Assembly: GCF_964355755.1 (NCBI RefSeq) | Contig: NC_092676.1 | Coordinates: 27,112,871-27,176,870, forward strand | DNA length: 64,000 nucleotides | From: Antedon mediterranea | Lineage: Eukaryota; Animalia; Echinodermata | Direction: 5' to 3' | Shown here: in pieces, positions 13,001-27,000 of the stretch | Numbering within the stretch: position 1 is the stretch's first letter | Layout: each line of letters starts with the position of its first letter | Notes under the pieces: generated by a model | The model's input: the letters and a program-made list of their open reading frames with translations, nothing else | Database searches by the model: none | Told to the model about the DNA's origin: nothing | Program-made: the position numbers and the translations under genes

Positions 13001-16000
13001 CAATATCATTGCCACACGAGACAACATCAATGACAGAGATAAGTATACGTACATCCAGTTTACAGGTGATACTGCTACTTTTAACGAGGCATCAAGAATA
13101 TGGAAAAATCAAGAAGATAATCTGCTGCCAATCAAAGTAAATAAAGAAAAAACTTCCTTCTATTATAAATGTGTACTTTAAACACATTCTCTGTTACTGG
13201 AGTCTCTCTCTGTCCTTTCCAATAAAAATAAATAAACAAAAAAACAATATCAGTGATGTAGTCACAATAAATAAAGTGGTGCGATTTTCGCCAAAAAATG
13301 GGAACAATCTCTGTTCATGCCACTGGGTTGTCAAAGGACTCTGTGAAAAAGAGGTCGAAAAACCTTACCAACCGTACTGGTGGCTACGGCCATGAATATT
13401 GTTGTGCGATTTCTGTTTTCAAAAGTTTCTAAACTGGTTAATTCGAATGTATTGTATTTAACATTCTAGGATTTCTATCTTTATAGGTGGTTGTAAAAGA
13501 TGTTCCAAGTGATACAATTTGTGAAACAACTGGCGATCCACACATCACAACGTTTGACAAATGGTAGGCGTACTGTTTAATTATTACATTCAAACAAAGC
13601 AAACAAATGGTCATATTTAGACCATGATAATAATGATACTTTAAAACCATTATTTCCCTTTTCTATCTATAGGTACTATCATCTTTATGCTCCTGGAGAT
13701 TTTTTGTTGTATGAACACACTTCTCTTCCAATAAAGGTTTGTGAATCATTCATAGAAAAACACAACACACAAACTAAAGCTCTGTCCACACTATCAAACT
13801 TTATGTGACAACAAAATGTGATGTGCCCATATATGGACACAATGATATCATATTACTACCATATTTGGGCATATCACACAACTAGGTTGATAGTGTAGAC
13901 AGAGCTTCAATTCTAATCAGTTTTCATTTTAAACAATGAAGATGTGCAGAATAAAAAGTTTTTCTCTTAAAAAAAAAAACCTGAGAAAAAAAAGAAGGCT
14001 TTTCAAAGCAGTTAATTATGTTACATTTATTTACATATACACAGTCGTGGCGTAACAGCTATGATGGTCCCTGTGTTGGAGGGTTTCTAAATCAGGGGCC
14101 ACAGGCCTCCGCGTTAAGCCACTGCATATACAGATACTTGGATGAATGACTGTATGATTACTTTTCCTACAGGTTCAAACTCGAATGGCACCTTGTTATG
14201 GTGTGACTTGTAACTGTGGAGTTGCGGTTCAAATCGGTTACACTCATCTATTCATAGATCGATGCAGTAACGATGATAATGAACATGTAACATACAAGAC
14301 AGAGAATGGTGAAGTAGTCAAAGAGGTTATGACATCAGACACAAGAGTGAAAACATTTGAGATACATGGTAACAAAGCAACACCTGGGTCTAATATACAA
14401 TATAAAAATGGACAATACATAGTAAGTTTACAGAAATTACCTCATCTTGTGTCAAACTCTAGATTCGATCAGGTTCAGAATCAGGATAGCTGTGTTACTG
14501 AAGGTCTGTTCTACAAGTACATAAAAACATTTTGTAAACTAATTGAGATTAAATTAGATTTTTAAGAGGGTTTGTGCACTGCATAGTCGAAGGACAAGTT
14601 CCGACAATGACATCTGCAAAGGTCGAATGGAAATAAATGAATAGTAGAATTTATATACAGTAGAACTAGGTGCTCAAGATTTTTCAATAACCTGATTCTC
14701 TTCTAAGTCATGTGGCAGCCATACACCTTTTCTCCAGTAATCAAATCGTTGAATAACTTGATGATGTTCATTTGTAGGTAACTTTTCCAACTGGATCAGT
14801 ACTAACAGTTAGTTTGTATGGTTCCAGCTATATCCATGTCACTCTCACAGCGTCTTCTGACGATTTTGACCAAATTAAAGGTCTCTGTGGCAATTTTGAT
14901 GGGAATGCTATCAATGATGTCCAGTATAAAGATGGAAGTTTTAAGTATGATTGCAAATCTGGTAACTGTGAACAAATTGGTTATAATATGGAAGCAACAC
15001 AAGAATTCTATGAAATTTGGAGGTATGTATTCATAACAAACAGAACAGACAAAGCTAGTTGTTTTTTTAGGTACTCTTTTCAACAAATCTTAGCTTCAGT
15101 GCTCCAAATTTCTTTAGATATTCAACTTGCTTCATCTTATTCTTCCTTAAAATTTTTGCTCAAGAACCATCTTCTCTTTATTTGCTTCCTACAATCTCCT
15201 GTCTTTTCTCTCTGAGATGGCCAATTTAGTTTTCATTGTTTTAATTGATTTCTCTTTTGATTCCAATTATTTTGTGCATTTGTTCTTTTGTTAATCTTTA
15301 TAAATTTGATTTATTTTAATTTATTTTTTAATTGGATGGATATTGAAAATATTATTGAAATAAAAAAATAAATTGGAAACAACATTAAAATATAAATATA
15401 TAATTAATATTTTATATAATATAATGAATAACCTAAAATTATAATTTTTATGTACGACAGAGTAAAAGATGTTGAAAACTTATTTCTTGGCGAACTTTTC
15501 CTTGGGGATCCCTATGTGATGGATCATTATTGTTCATGTACTGGTGAAAACAACATAAATTGTGACTACTGCAATGGACGAGCTGACGGTGAATCTTTGG
15601 AATGTGATCAAACAAATGCAAGGAGGAAGAGGGCAGTAGAGGATGACCCAGATGACCTAGTTGCAGATTTTAAGTTTGGACCGCTAGTCTATGATCCAAA
15701 CTTTGAAATTTTGGTACAGTACTCAGAATTGTTAAGTAACTAAATTCAAATTAGTTTATATATATATAAACTTTTAAGGTTTTAATTTAAGTAAATGTTT
15801 TCTCAAAAAGAACAGGCAGCTGGTCCTATAAAATATATTAACTTCCATTAAAAAATGTTGAGATAAAAGAAAACAACCTGGCCATAATTAATGGTATATG
15901 AGAGAGATGAGAAAATCTGGGAGAGTGAAGGCATTGTCCAAACTAAGAATAAATAGATGCCTATTTTAACTAAAACAGACATAAACTATGCACTTTTCTG

Positions 16001-19000
16001 ATTTAAAATAGGTTCCAGAGTTTCCAACTCCAAGTGGTTTAACTGAAGAGCACACCAGAAGACTTTGTAATGAGACGCTTGTGAACTCTGACACTTACAG
16101 TTTGTGTTTGAATCCAATCAACAATGGTTCTATTGCGATTAATGATATAATTGAAGGATGCGTTGTTGATGTAAAGGTAGGTTTTGTTGTGCTAATCATG
16201 TTGCCATCATTTATTCAATCAATAACAACCTCTTTTGTGTAGTTAGTTTTTTGTTGCACATTATTATCTCACTTTTAGGATTGTACCATTACTTAATGAA
16301 TAAACATCTTTATTGCACCCATAGGTATTTGATGATACATCAATTGCCAAAGAAACAGCGTTAGTTCTACAGGAGCGTTGCAAAGTAGTTCTCTCTAGAA
16401 ATCCCATGTACTGGGAGAAGACAGAAAATGGTACTCTAGCTCCACCTACAGATATACTAGATGGAATGTGTGTAAACGAGTGTAATGGAATGGGTGAATG
16501 TATAAATGGTACATGTGAATGTTATGATGGATTAGGAGGAAGTGATTGTTCAATCTCTCTGGTTGAACCCCCACTAGTGTTTGCTGTTCTTGGAGATGGA
16601 ATCTGTGATGTTAGACAAAGATCGTGTAAATCAGCTCTGGTTTTTGGCAAGAACTTTTTGGAAGGAAAGAATATTGCCTGTCATCTACAACACATTGGTG
16701 TAAGTTTGATATATTTTATTTGGATAGTCATTACACAAAGGCATACTTATTTAGGATGTTTTCATAAAACAAAGTTGATTGAAAACTGGGTTTTAATCCA
16801 CTTGTATTCAGAGTTTAAACAATGTGAAAACCACATATTCGTACTTACTTAATCTAAGTTAAAAAACAAAACAAAAAATATGATAAAAAAAATAAGATTT
16901 AGAATACTCTACATCTTATGTAAAATAAAATTAGTGTTTACATAATTATTATATAACCTAATCTGTATTCTTTTAGGTGAATGAGAATGGCATGGTCCTT
17001 CTTCCAACAAAAGAGGTATTTTCCGGTATATTTAAAACATCAGAAGAGGTAAAATGTCCTCTACCAGAACCCGCCGTTCAATCTAATGCACCTGGAGAGG
17101 GCACTGTTGCCAGCGGCTACCTGATAGCAATCAGTAATGATGGTGAATTGATCAGTGAAAGTATGGCAGTAATGTTTGTGTACGATTCAGTTTGTCAGAC
17201 TTGCGATGCATCAGCTGGAAAGTGTACTACAAAGGTAGAAAACATTTCTATATTTGTTAATAAATAAATAATCAATATTTATAATTGTTGTTTTCTTACT
17301 TCCTGCAAATCAAATATCAGTTTCTTCCTCTGTCTGATTTGTGTTGATCAGAAATTAACATTATCTACATAGCATATCATCTTGAAATCATTTAATTTGG
17401 ATCCTAATATAGAAAGCAAACTGATTGTTTGCAAATTGTCGTTTATCATTTTTAGTACTTTCAATCTATTGGATCAACAAAAAATAAAAAAGGTTTCTTC
17501 TATATATAGCATATATAGTTACTTATGTGTAGTTCCTTGTTTACAGAATTTTCCCTGTAAATTTGGTTTTTGTATAGTGATTTGTTTAAATGTCTCCGAT
17601 TATGATGAGTTTAACAACAACTAATAACATACACATTTTTAATATATTATATCCATTATTAAAATTTTCAGGAAAATTCCTGTACTATCAATGGTCATTG
17701 CTATGAAGCTTCTCAAACGAACCCAGAAAATGGCTGCCAACAATGCCTGCCAGAAGAGAGTGTTGTTGGGTGGTCAAAAAAACAAGGTTTGTATATTTAT
17801 AATATTAAGCACAAGTTGAGGTTTGGATACACATTATACCAACAACGGGATAAATTATTTAGTTTAAGTAATGATGGTGAATTAAAGATGTATTGTCCCC
17901 TAAAAACATGAAAAATAAAGATTAATAAAAAAGTTAAAATCAATTTCGCAGTTTTAATAAAGTTAATCACTTTGGTAGAAAAAAAAATTGTACTTTTAAA
18001 AAGACCAAATAAACAGTTAAATTCAACCAAAAACCCTTCCAGTCAATCTTACATTTTTTTGGCTTTCATTTACAGTTTGTTCAGGTAAATGTTTTTTTCG
18101 ATCCAATTTTTGGTCAAAGTGAATAACTATTGTGACATTAAAATGGCATATTCAACAAAAACATTAAAACAGTTTTTTTTTCAGGGGGACAATACATCTT
18201 TAAACAGTGAAAGTATTGCAATAATGTTAATAATATGATGTGTCTATGGTTATGCAAACTTGATAAAATAAATATATAACTGATATGATTATAGTATTTT
18301 TCTGTTGTTTTGTTGTTGTTCAGATGATGCTTGTGAAGACTCTGATGAAGACTCTGATGAAGACTCCGATGAAGACTCTGATGAAGACTCTGATAACACT
18401 TTACTTATCATTTGTTCAGTATTTGCAGCACTTTTTCTTCTAATTGGATTTTTACTAGGCCTAATGATGTGTTCATGCTGCAAAGTTTCATGTTGTGAAC
18501 GGTATATAAAGCTCAGTCTACACTATCAAACTAGTTTGACAAAAATGTGTGATGTGCCCAAATATGGTAGTGATATGATATCATCGTGTCCATATATGGG
18601 CACATCACATTTTGTTGTCACATAAAATTTTAATGTTAACATTGAAAGTCTAAAACCTGAAATAATATTGATGCATACTAGCAACCTCTAAAGCTCTGTC
18701 TGCACTATCAAACTTTATGTGACAACAAAATGTGATGTGCCCAAATATGGACATGATGATGTCATATCACTACTATATTTGGACATATCACTACCATATT
18801 TGGGCATATCACTACCATATTTGGGCATATCACTACCATATTTGGGTAACTGTCACTGTTTCAATTGTTTCACCCTGGGCTCATCCTATATGTTTCTATT
18901 TGTAAATAGTGGTGTTTTTTTAGCATTTTTTGTAAGAAATATTTCTTGTTTTAAATATCAAATAATGAAATGAAAAGGTTATTTTTTTTAAAACAAACAG

Positions 19001-19287
19001 CTTGTTGTTTCTGTCTACACTATTAAACTACTGTGACAAAAATGTGTGCACAAATATGATAGTGATATGCCCAAATATGGTAGTAATATGACATCATCAT
19101 GTCCATATATGGGCACATCACATTTTGTTGTCTCCTAAAGTTTGATAGTGTAGACAGCGCTTAACGAAAAAAATTCTTTCACTTGCTATTTTCTTTTTCT
19201 TTTAGAAATAAAGTTGTACCTGTAAACTATAATTCATCACATGATAATGATTTGTATGGTAGCCACTCTAAGGAAACAAAAGCATAG
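7017..19287 (+). CDS. VWDE-like type I membrane protein, paralog 1 (about 1100 aa, 18 coding exons)
   Basis: Phase-compatible GT-AG exons: 7017-7077 (signal peptide MKLFLIFIYFLARLTSING), 7891-8115 and 10047-10223 (D8C: GWYRL..MPT..CGTKYPLW), 11015-11080, 11744-12009, 12503-12595, 12795-13136, 13487-13563 (GDPH), 13673-13736, 14173-14421, 14778-15022 (GLCGNFDG), 15461-15713 (RRKR), 16012-16176, 16325-16699 (EGF), 16977-17234, 17672-17786, 18324-18501 (EDSD stalk and TM), 19206-19287. Confidence 0.88.
8709..9737. repeat. 21-bp self-complementary minisatellite with a large internal inversion (foldback-like)
   Basis: Unit approximately tttaaacgaattagtaatccg. A unique block at about 8836-8875 recurs inverted at about 9355-9395. 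Confidence 0.9.
10580..10925. repeat. Three tandem copies of an approximately 120-bp intronic unit
   Basis: tgtgtaacttt...caatcttagtatgtttatt...cttaccaaatccaa...caaattttaga...acacaccaaca repeated three times. Confidence 0.8.
13775..13908. mobile_element. MITE family A (TIR AGCTCTGTCTACACTATCAAACT)
   Basis: Terminal inverted repeats, internal gatgtgccc/catatttggg motifs and TA/TWA flanks; about 14 copies in the window. Confidence 0.85.
14043..14123. mobile_element. Short degenerate MITE with CAGTGGCG-type ends
   Basis: gtggcgtaac...gttaagccactg imperfect inverted ends; GC-rich island within an intron. Confidence 0.45.
17882..18203. mobile_element. MITE family B, TTAA-flanked (Kolobok-like)
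   Basis: ttaaAGATGTATTGTCCCC...GGGGACAATACATCTttaa; relatives at 44980 and 52966, and a fragment at about 20160-20291. Confidence 0.8.
18507..19163. mobile_element. Three MITE family A copies in one intron (about 18507-18640, 18688-18846, 19010-19163)
   Basis: Same TIR and internal motifs. The second copy has an expanded 20-bp catatcactaccatatttgg subrepeat. Confidence 0.85.
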
Positions 19288-19527
19288 AAATTTTCAGGTA
19301 AGCTATCAAATAAAAACATCAGAATCTCATATTATTACAAACTTTGTTGTGTTTAAATATGGAGAAATAACTCATAAAATAAAGCAATTCTGATATTATA
19401 ATTTAATTTATTTTCAGTATGCTCAAAACTTTTGATTTTGGATAAGAAATTAACAGGATTACTTCTGTCAAATGAGATGTCAGCATACTGTTTTCACCGT
19501 TCCAAATGGAAAAAAGTTATCTGTTAT

Positions 19528-19618
19528 AACAATAGACAAGTAGTTTCCAGAAGTCCTATAAGTCTCAATATTATAAGAATAGACAAGTAGTTTCCAGAAG
19601 TCCTATAAGTCTCAATAT
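19528..19618. repeat. Two-copy tandem duplication (about 47 bp) in the putative 3' UTR
   Basis: aatagacaagtagtttccagaagtcctataagtctcaatatt occurs twice. Confidence 0.85.
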
Positions 19619-20419
19619 TTTGAATGCAGTGGATTTGTGCAGTTTATAAATTAAAATAATAAAGTAGTTTGTTTTTGTATTCTACAAACATAGTTTTGTA
19701 GTTATTCATGTATTTTGTCATTTTTGTATTGTTAATACTGTATACTGTAGTTATATCTATCACTGTAAGTGCATAAACTTAATTTGGTGAATCAGAAAAT
19801 AACGAAAAAAAATTAGAAAATAGAAATTTAATTAACGAAAATGAAATGTGAACGAAATAATATGTATGAAAGATTGAATGAATAAAGGTGGTGGTTAACC
19901 ACAAAAGGGAGAAAAAAAAAAACAGTAGTATATTATTATTATTTTAAACCTTTTGAAAAAGCTTTTTGAGTAATGAAATCATAGCGGTATTATGATAAGA
20001 ACGTTTATTATAATTCCGTAAACATTTGTAATTGTGTTTATATTCCCGTAATGGGCAATAATAGTTAAACTTCTGTGTTTGTGAAAATGTGTGTTTGATT
20101 TGAAGTAAATTAAATGGATTTAAGTTTGAATTTAACAGTTTATTTTGCCTTTGTATAAGTGAAAATATTATTTACAAATTTGTTGCTACAGAAGTGATTA
20201 ACTTTATTAAAACTGCGAAATGGCCTATTCAAAGTCTTTTTTATTATTCTTCATTTTTCATGTTTTTGGGCACAAATACGTACATCTTTAACTCATGGCC
20301 GGTCTGGAATCTTGGACAAAAATGATTTAAAAAGAATTTATTAATAGTATTTTAGATTTTAATTTTTTTTTTACTATGAACCTAACGTTACGCTGCTCAC
20401 AGTAATAGATCGCCAGCAT

Positions 20420-20575
20420 TTGAAAATTGTGGTCCACTGAATTGGGATTCTGGTCCGGATTGCTTCCAAAATTGAATGGAGTGGTCCTTGACCACATATC
20501 TATCTGTGATTTCAATTTGGTAAAGATCTGGCAATAACTTTCTGAGTAATCCTGCTAACAAACAAACAAACACGA
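20420..20575 (+). mobile_element. Fragment of the Helentron-like element at 27644-28311
   Basis: Shares gaccacatatctatctgt...ggtaaagatct...gagtaatcctgctaacaaacaaac. Confidence 0.65.
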
Positions 20576-21003
20576 TCTAATTAAAGTAATACAGGACAAT
20601 ATGCTACACAGCAATTCATTTTATTTTTAGCCATCAGTGATTGACAACAAAAATTTACTAAAATTATTAAGTTTTGCATTATTGCATAATTCTTTTTGTA
20701 AACTTATCTTCTAAAATGCAATATAAGTCTACTAGGTTGCCACATAAATGAATCCATTTCACAAGATGAAAATTAGAACATCATGATCAATTTTAAAACA
20801 AAAAACAGCAAACATTCAATTAATTTAAAGAAACATAGAATCAAATAAGTATTTATCACTCATATTTTATTTACAAATCAGTCTTCATAGGATATATAAT
20901 ACCTTATTATGACCAAGAGGTTGTTCGTTGAAACAAAAAACAATCTGACCTAATTTTACTGACAGACAAAGCAAATAATTAACTAATCTCAATTCATCAC
21001 TTC

Positions 21004-24000
21004 TTAAGTTTTAGTTTCTTTCATCTTTTTTTCATCCTTATCTTCTTCAGGATAAAGTTTTTTTTCATCATTATCTTCTGGAACTTCTGGACTAATACGA
21101 CCATTCCCCTTCCTTAGAATAAAAAAAAAAGCAACAGGTACAATACAAATCACAAATATTAAACGATATAATATATATTTAAATAATAAAAAATATAATT
21201 TATTTAAAAAATGAAATAAATATTTAAAATAGGAAATAACAGTACAACTGCCAACTAGGAGGTCACTCCAAGAAATAGTACCGACTAAATTTGTTGGCAA
21301 TTTATTGTATCATATACAGCTGGAATGCTTTTATACTTAAAGTTGTCTCCGTCCTATTTTAAAAGAACGAGAACTCTACCCACTAGAAATAAAGGGTTTA
21401 AGTTTATGAGATACCAGGTCGTCATCTTAATCTATATCTTTTTACCTTTCGTCAAAAATATGACGTAGTCAGAGAGTAGAATGTATTTATCAATTGCTTA
21501 CCTTTTACAAAATACAATCAACACCCCTACAATAGGAACTACAATTACTATACAGCAGCAAACGATGATTAAAACCAATTTGGAATCATCACCTCCACCA
21601 CTGATAGTGGTACTTGTGTTGTTCACGGTAGTCTCCTGTTGACTTGTGTCAACCGTACTCTCAGTACCAAATGTCTGGTAGATTGTGATATTTAGGTTGT
21701 CTTTGGTGGTTTGGTCTATAGTTGTATTTGATTGGCTTTTGGTTGTCTGGCTGATTGTACTATGATTATTGGTACTTTTGGTTCTCTGGTTGTCTGTGGT
21801 AACCTGGTTTGTAGCGGTACTTGATTGGCTTTTAGTGATAGTGGTTCTCTGGTTGTCTGTGGTAACCTGGTTTGTAGCGGTACTTGATTGGCTTTTAGTG
21901 ATAGTGGTTCTCTGGTTGTCTGTGGTAAGCTGGTTTGTAGCGGTACTTGATTGGCTTTTAGTGATAGTGGTTCTCTGGTTGTCTGTGGTAACCTGGTTTG
22001 TAGCGGTACTTGATTGGTTTTTAGTGAGAGTGGTTCTCTGGTTGTCCGTGGTAACCAGGTTTGTAGCGGTATTTGGTTGTTTATTGGTACTAATGGTTCT
22101 GTGGTTGTCTGTGGTAACCTGGTTTGTAGCGGTACTTGGTTGGTTATTGGTACTAGTGGTACTCTGGTTGCCTGTGGTAACCTGGTTTGTAGCGGTACTT
22201 GGTTGGTTTGTCTGGGCTATTGTAGGGTTTTCTGTGGTCACTTGGTTGGTAGAATTTGTTGAATTGGTTGGTTTGTCAGTGGTCACATCTATAGTTGTTG
22301 GGATTTCTGTGGTGGTCCAGTTAGATGCAGTACTGTTAATACCAGGTATGCTCAAACACCCTACATCTATTTGTTTTAAGAAATTCAAGTAATCGTTAAA
22401 TACACATAAATAATGAAAAAGTAGACACGCTAAGTCTGCAATGACGTTAAAATAGGAAAAACACAAAGTTCTTTAAATAACTATTATTGTATGAAATATT
22501 AAAAAAATCAGAAACTGCCTTATACATAAAAAAAAAATAAATAAAAATGTTGAAAAATATCAAGATGTTTCGTAGTTGTAGGTATTGGATATTTTTCATT
22601 TGTATTAGTAATTATTAAGTTCAAACAAAAATCAAATTTAGTGACAGACAAACCTTGATTTCTTGACCACACATTAACATTAGTTCCTGGCTGACATTGT
22701 TGACAAACATCAGCTGGGTTTGTTTGAGAAGCTGCGTAACAACGACCGTTGATGTTACATGAATTATCCTGCAAAAATGTTATTATACATAGTCTATTTA
22801 TGGAGAATATCAAAAAAGACAGAAAGTGTGAAAAAGGAGACATATAGGTAACTTTGAGGCATAGAAACTGTGTATTTATGACAATATAAAGTTTTATTTT
22901 TTGCCTACTTTGAATGTACACGTTCCAGCTGATGCGTTACAAGCCTGACAAACTGAATCATACAGAAACATTGCTGCCATACTTTCACTGATCAATTCAC
23001 CATCATTACTGATTGATATCAGGTAGCCACTGCTAACAGTTTCTTCAAGTGAATTCGGTCGAACAATAGGCTCTGGTAGAGGACATTTTACCTCCTCAGG
23101 CGTGCTAAATATACCAGAAACTACATCCTTTCTAGGAATGAGGACCATGCCGTTCTCACTCACCTAAACGAATACAGATCAAAATTACTTAAAAACTCAT
23201 TTAATTTTCTAAAAGACGTCAAAATATTTTACAAACTAAAACTTACATTAATGTGTTGTATATGACAGGTGATGTTCCCTTCTACAAATTTGTTTCCGTA
23301 AACTTTTGCTGATTTACAAGGCCTTTCTTGCACATCACAGATTCCTTTTCCAAGAACAGCAAACACTAGAGGGGGTTCAACCAGAGAGATTGAACAATCA
23401 TTTCCTCCTAATCCATCGTTACATTCACATGTACCGTTTATGCATTCACCCATTCCATTACACTCGTTTACACACATTCCATCTAGTACATCTGTAGGTG
23501 GAGCTAGAGTACCATTTTCTGTCTTCTCCCAGTACATGGGATTTCTAGAGATAACTACTTTGCAACGCTCCTGTAAATCTGATATGGTTTTTTTGGCAAT
23601 TGATGTATCATCAAATACCTATGCAAGTATAATAAAAATGTGTTATTTTCAATTCAGTTTCATTAAAATACAATCATATCAAAGCAACATAAATTGATAG
23701 ATTAAATTCAGGTTGTGCTTTTTACGAAATGAAAATGTTAAATTACCAATATTACAGAAATTTATGAAAGTATTTGTGTATTTGCACTTCCACTTAATTT
23801 TACCTACCTTAATGTCAACAACACATCCTTCAATAATATCATCAATAACAACAGAACCATTGTTGATTAAATTTAAACACAAACTGTAAGTAGTGGAATT
23901 TACAAGCGTCTCATTACAAAGTCTTCTGGTGTACTCTTCAGTTAAACCACTCGGTGTTGGAAAGTTTGGAACCTATATGTAGAATGAAGCAGAATAAGGT

Positions 24001-27000
24001 TGTTGTAGATAACCAATATCATTACATTTTCTTTTTCCTCAATTCTCCAAGCCAACACCAAATAGACTTATTAAAGACAGTCATTGCTAAGAAAAATGTG
24101 TGTAACCACTATCTCAATCTGGAGATTTAATGCTAAATCTGACAAGAAAATAAATATGATAAAACTTAGGTTGTTATAATAATAATATTAATAATATTCT
24201 AGATTTATAAAGAGCCTAATGTTGTGAGATCTCTAAGCACTGTACATATATTACTCCAGTCATTTTTGGATCACACACGTAAACATACTCCCACAATGCA
24301 GATAGTAATAAGCGCAAAGTCTTGAACTAAGACGGGAACTAATACCATACCAGGTACACATTGTACACCTGGGTGCAGAGAGGCAAACGTAAAGTGTCTT
24401 GACTAAGGATACACACAAAGCGACAGGCTTTGGATTTGAACAAACGATCTTCCAAGTCTAACACACTGTGCCACAGTATTTAATAAGTCACGTTAATTGA
24501 GTTAGGCAATTAACTGAAAATCATGCACATACGTAAGTGCATGTTGTTTTCAAGGTTGAAAGATGACATATTAAGCAAATTGATTGATATTAAGGAATTA
24601 CATGCTACATAGTTCTTTACCGATTTAACAAAGTTTGGATCAAATACAAATTGTTTGAATTCATAATCTGAAACTAGATCATCTGGATCTTGTTCATTGT
24701 CTGCTGCCCTCTTTTTTCTTTCTTCTGTTTTTACACATCCCAGAAATCCAGTTAATCCATTGCAATAGTTGCAGTTAATATCACCATCAGGATAACAAGC
24801 ACAATAAGGATAAATATCATATGGCTCTCCCAGAAAAAGGTTACCATAAAACATACTTTCATTATATTCAAGTCTATGAAAAGATATACAGAACTTATTA
24901 GAAAGGCATCTATATAATGTACTGAATAACAATTGTTACACATGATATTTATTTCACACAATACTGGACACAATATCTAGTTAAATGTACAAAATTTAGG
25001 ACAAAATAAAGGATATTAAGATTTTTAAGGAAACAGTTTTAAAGGAGAACTATACATTTAAAATAGTTTATTTCACGTTAAAAATAAAAAATGAAGAGTA
25101 TCACTAGATGGAAATGAAAAATGCACAATCAGAAAAGTAGAAGAATAAATAATATCACAACTGAAACTTACTTCCAGTGGTTAGAAAAATCATCATGTGC
25201 TTCGGCACCATATGGAAAACTGCTACACCCATCTGTGGGCTTACAGTCATATGGTACCTTGCGGTCTTTGTACTCTACATCATTAGCAGCATTTCCATCA
25301 AAATTACCACACAAGCCTTCGATTCTTCTGTAGTCATCTGATGATGCCGTTAAGTACACATCCATATATAATTCCCCCCATATCGTAACCATTAAAACGG
25401 CCCCCGTGGGTAGCTTTATCTACAAGATATAATATATTTTATGTAGGCCTATATATATATGTCATATAAACCATTTGTATAGGGAAAGTATATACTGTAC
25501 AGTTGTTATGTACAGATCTGAGATCACATCAGCACACCACTTTTACCTGGTATCTTTGTTCAATAATTTAAATACTACACTAATCAGTATTTTTGTACAC
25601 TAATTACAGCCTCAAAATTACCAATTTAATTATTTTGTTCCTTTTATATTAAAAGATATAATATTGGTAGTTTTATGTCAATTAATTTCTAAAATGATTG
25701 GTTTGAATATTTATTGCGATTCAGCCACTCTCACACAGAGCATTGTTGTATTGTCAGTAATTTGTCTTTGAATTTAATTTTACTTACTTCATATTTTCCA
25801 TTTGTATATTGTATGTTTATTCCAGGTTTTATTATTCCATCTTTATATAACACTGCTGTTATAACTCTTGCAGCTGTTGTCTTAACTTCCTCAACTATAT
25901 CACCATTATTATCTGTTGTGTATGTTGTGTGATGATTATCAATGTTACTGCATCGATCTATGAACAGATGAGTGTCACCAATCCGAACTGCAACTCCACA
26001 GTTACAAGTCACAGACCAACAAGGAGCAACTCGAGTTTGAACCTGTAGATTTTTAAGCAAGAAAATTCCAGTGGAACAATAGAATCATGAAATGTTTAAA
26101 TTTGACAATCAATGGTGTGCTGCTAGTAATAGAAAATGTAAAACTTTTAATATAATTGTTTAGCTTTTTAAGATACTATAAAACCTAAAAAATAAGAGAT
26201 ACTTTTGCAAACTAAAGCGGAACCTCTTTTCGAAATGAATGCTGTGCATTTTGTGAATTGCTACTAAATAATACATTTTTTTATAAATTTAATCCTATTA
26301 AATATCTTTCAATCAAATTACAAAATACAACAAAAATTGGAACTGATAAACTTTGTAGGAATTTACTATCAATAATTAGTGTACAGTATAACAAGTATGT
26401 ATAAACACATACTGTATCTTAAGTTTATAGTGCTACACAATATTTATTTATTCTAAACTTGTTTAAATAAAATTTATAAAGTGTTTTGTAGTGTACCTCT
26501 AACTCAAGGCGCTTGTGTCTGTAAAAAACATAATCACCCTGTTCATAAAGATGATAATACCTTTAAAGAATAAACAAGATAAAAATAATAAAAACATTGT
26601 TACTTTGTGCAAACAATATTGGAATAATGGAAAAAAAAGACTTATTTTAAAGCACTAAACATCATAAAAACGTAAATAATATAAGATAAGTATGTTATGT
26701 ACTTCAATATTCATTGTTTCATGAAAAACAATTTTATTATGTTCAAGCTCTGTCTACACTATCAAACTAGTTTGACAAAAAAACTGTGATGTGCCCAAAT
26801 ATGGTAGTATTATGACATCATGTCGTACAATTATGGCCACATCACATTTTTTTGTCATATAAAATTTGATAGTGTTATTAAGCTTAATCCAGGCACTTGA
26901 TAATAGTAATCAATCTCACCTCCATCTTTTCAAGTCACTAATTCACAAAATAAATCAATTTAATTAATAGCATTATTCACACTATGTATCAAAACAAATT

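Noticed and set aside
18719-18973. ORFs with ISLPYLG repeats (also 48112, 50676, 56030)
   Set aside because: Translations of MITE family A.
21769-22392. 207-aa hydrophobic ORF on +
   Set aside because: Antisense shadow of the Thr-rich coding repeat of paralog 2.
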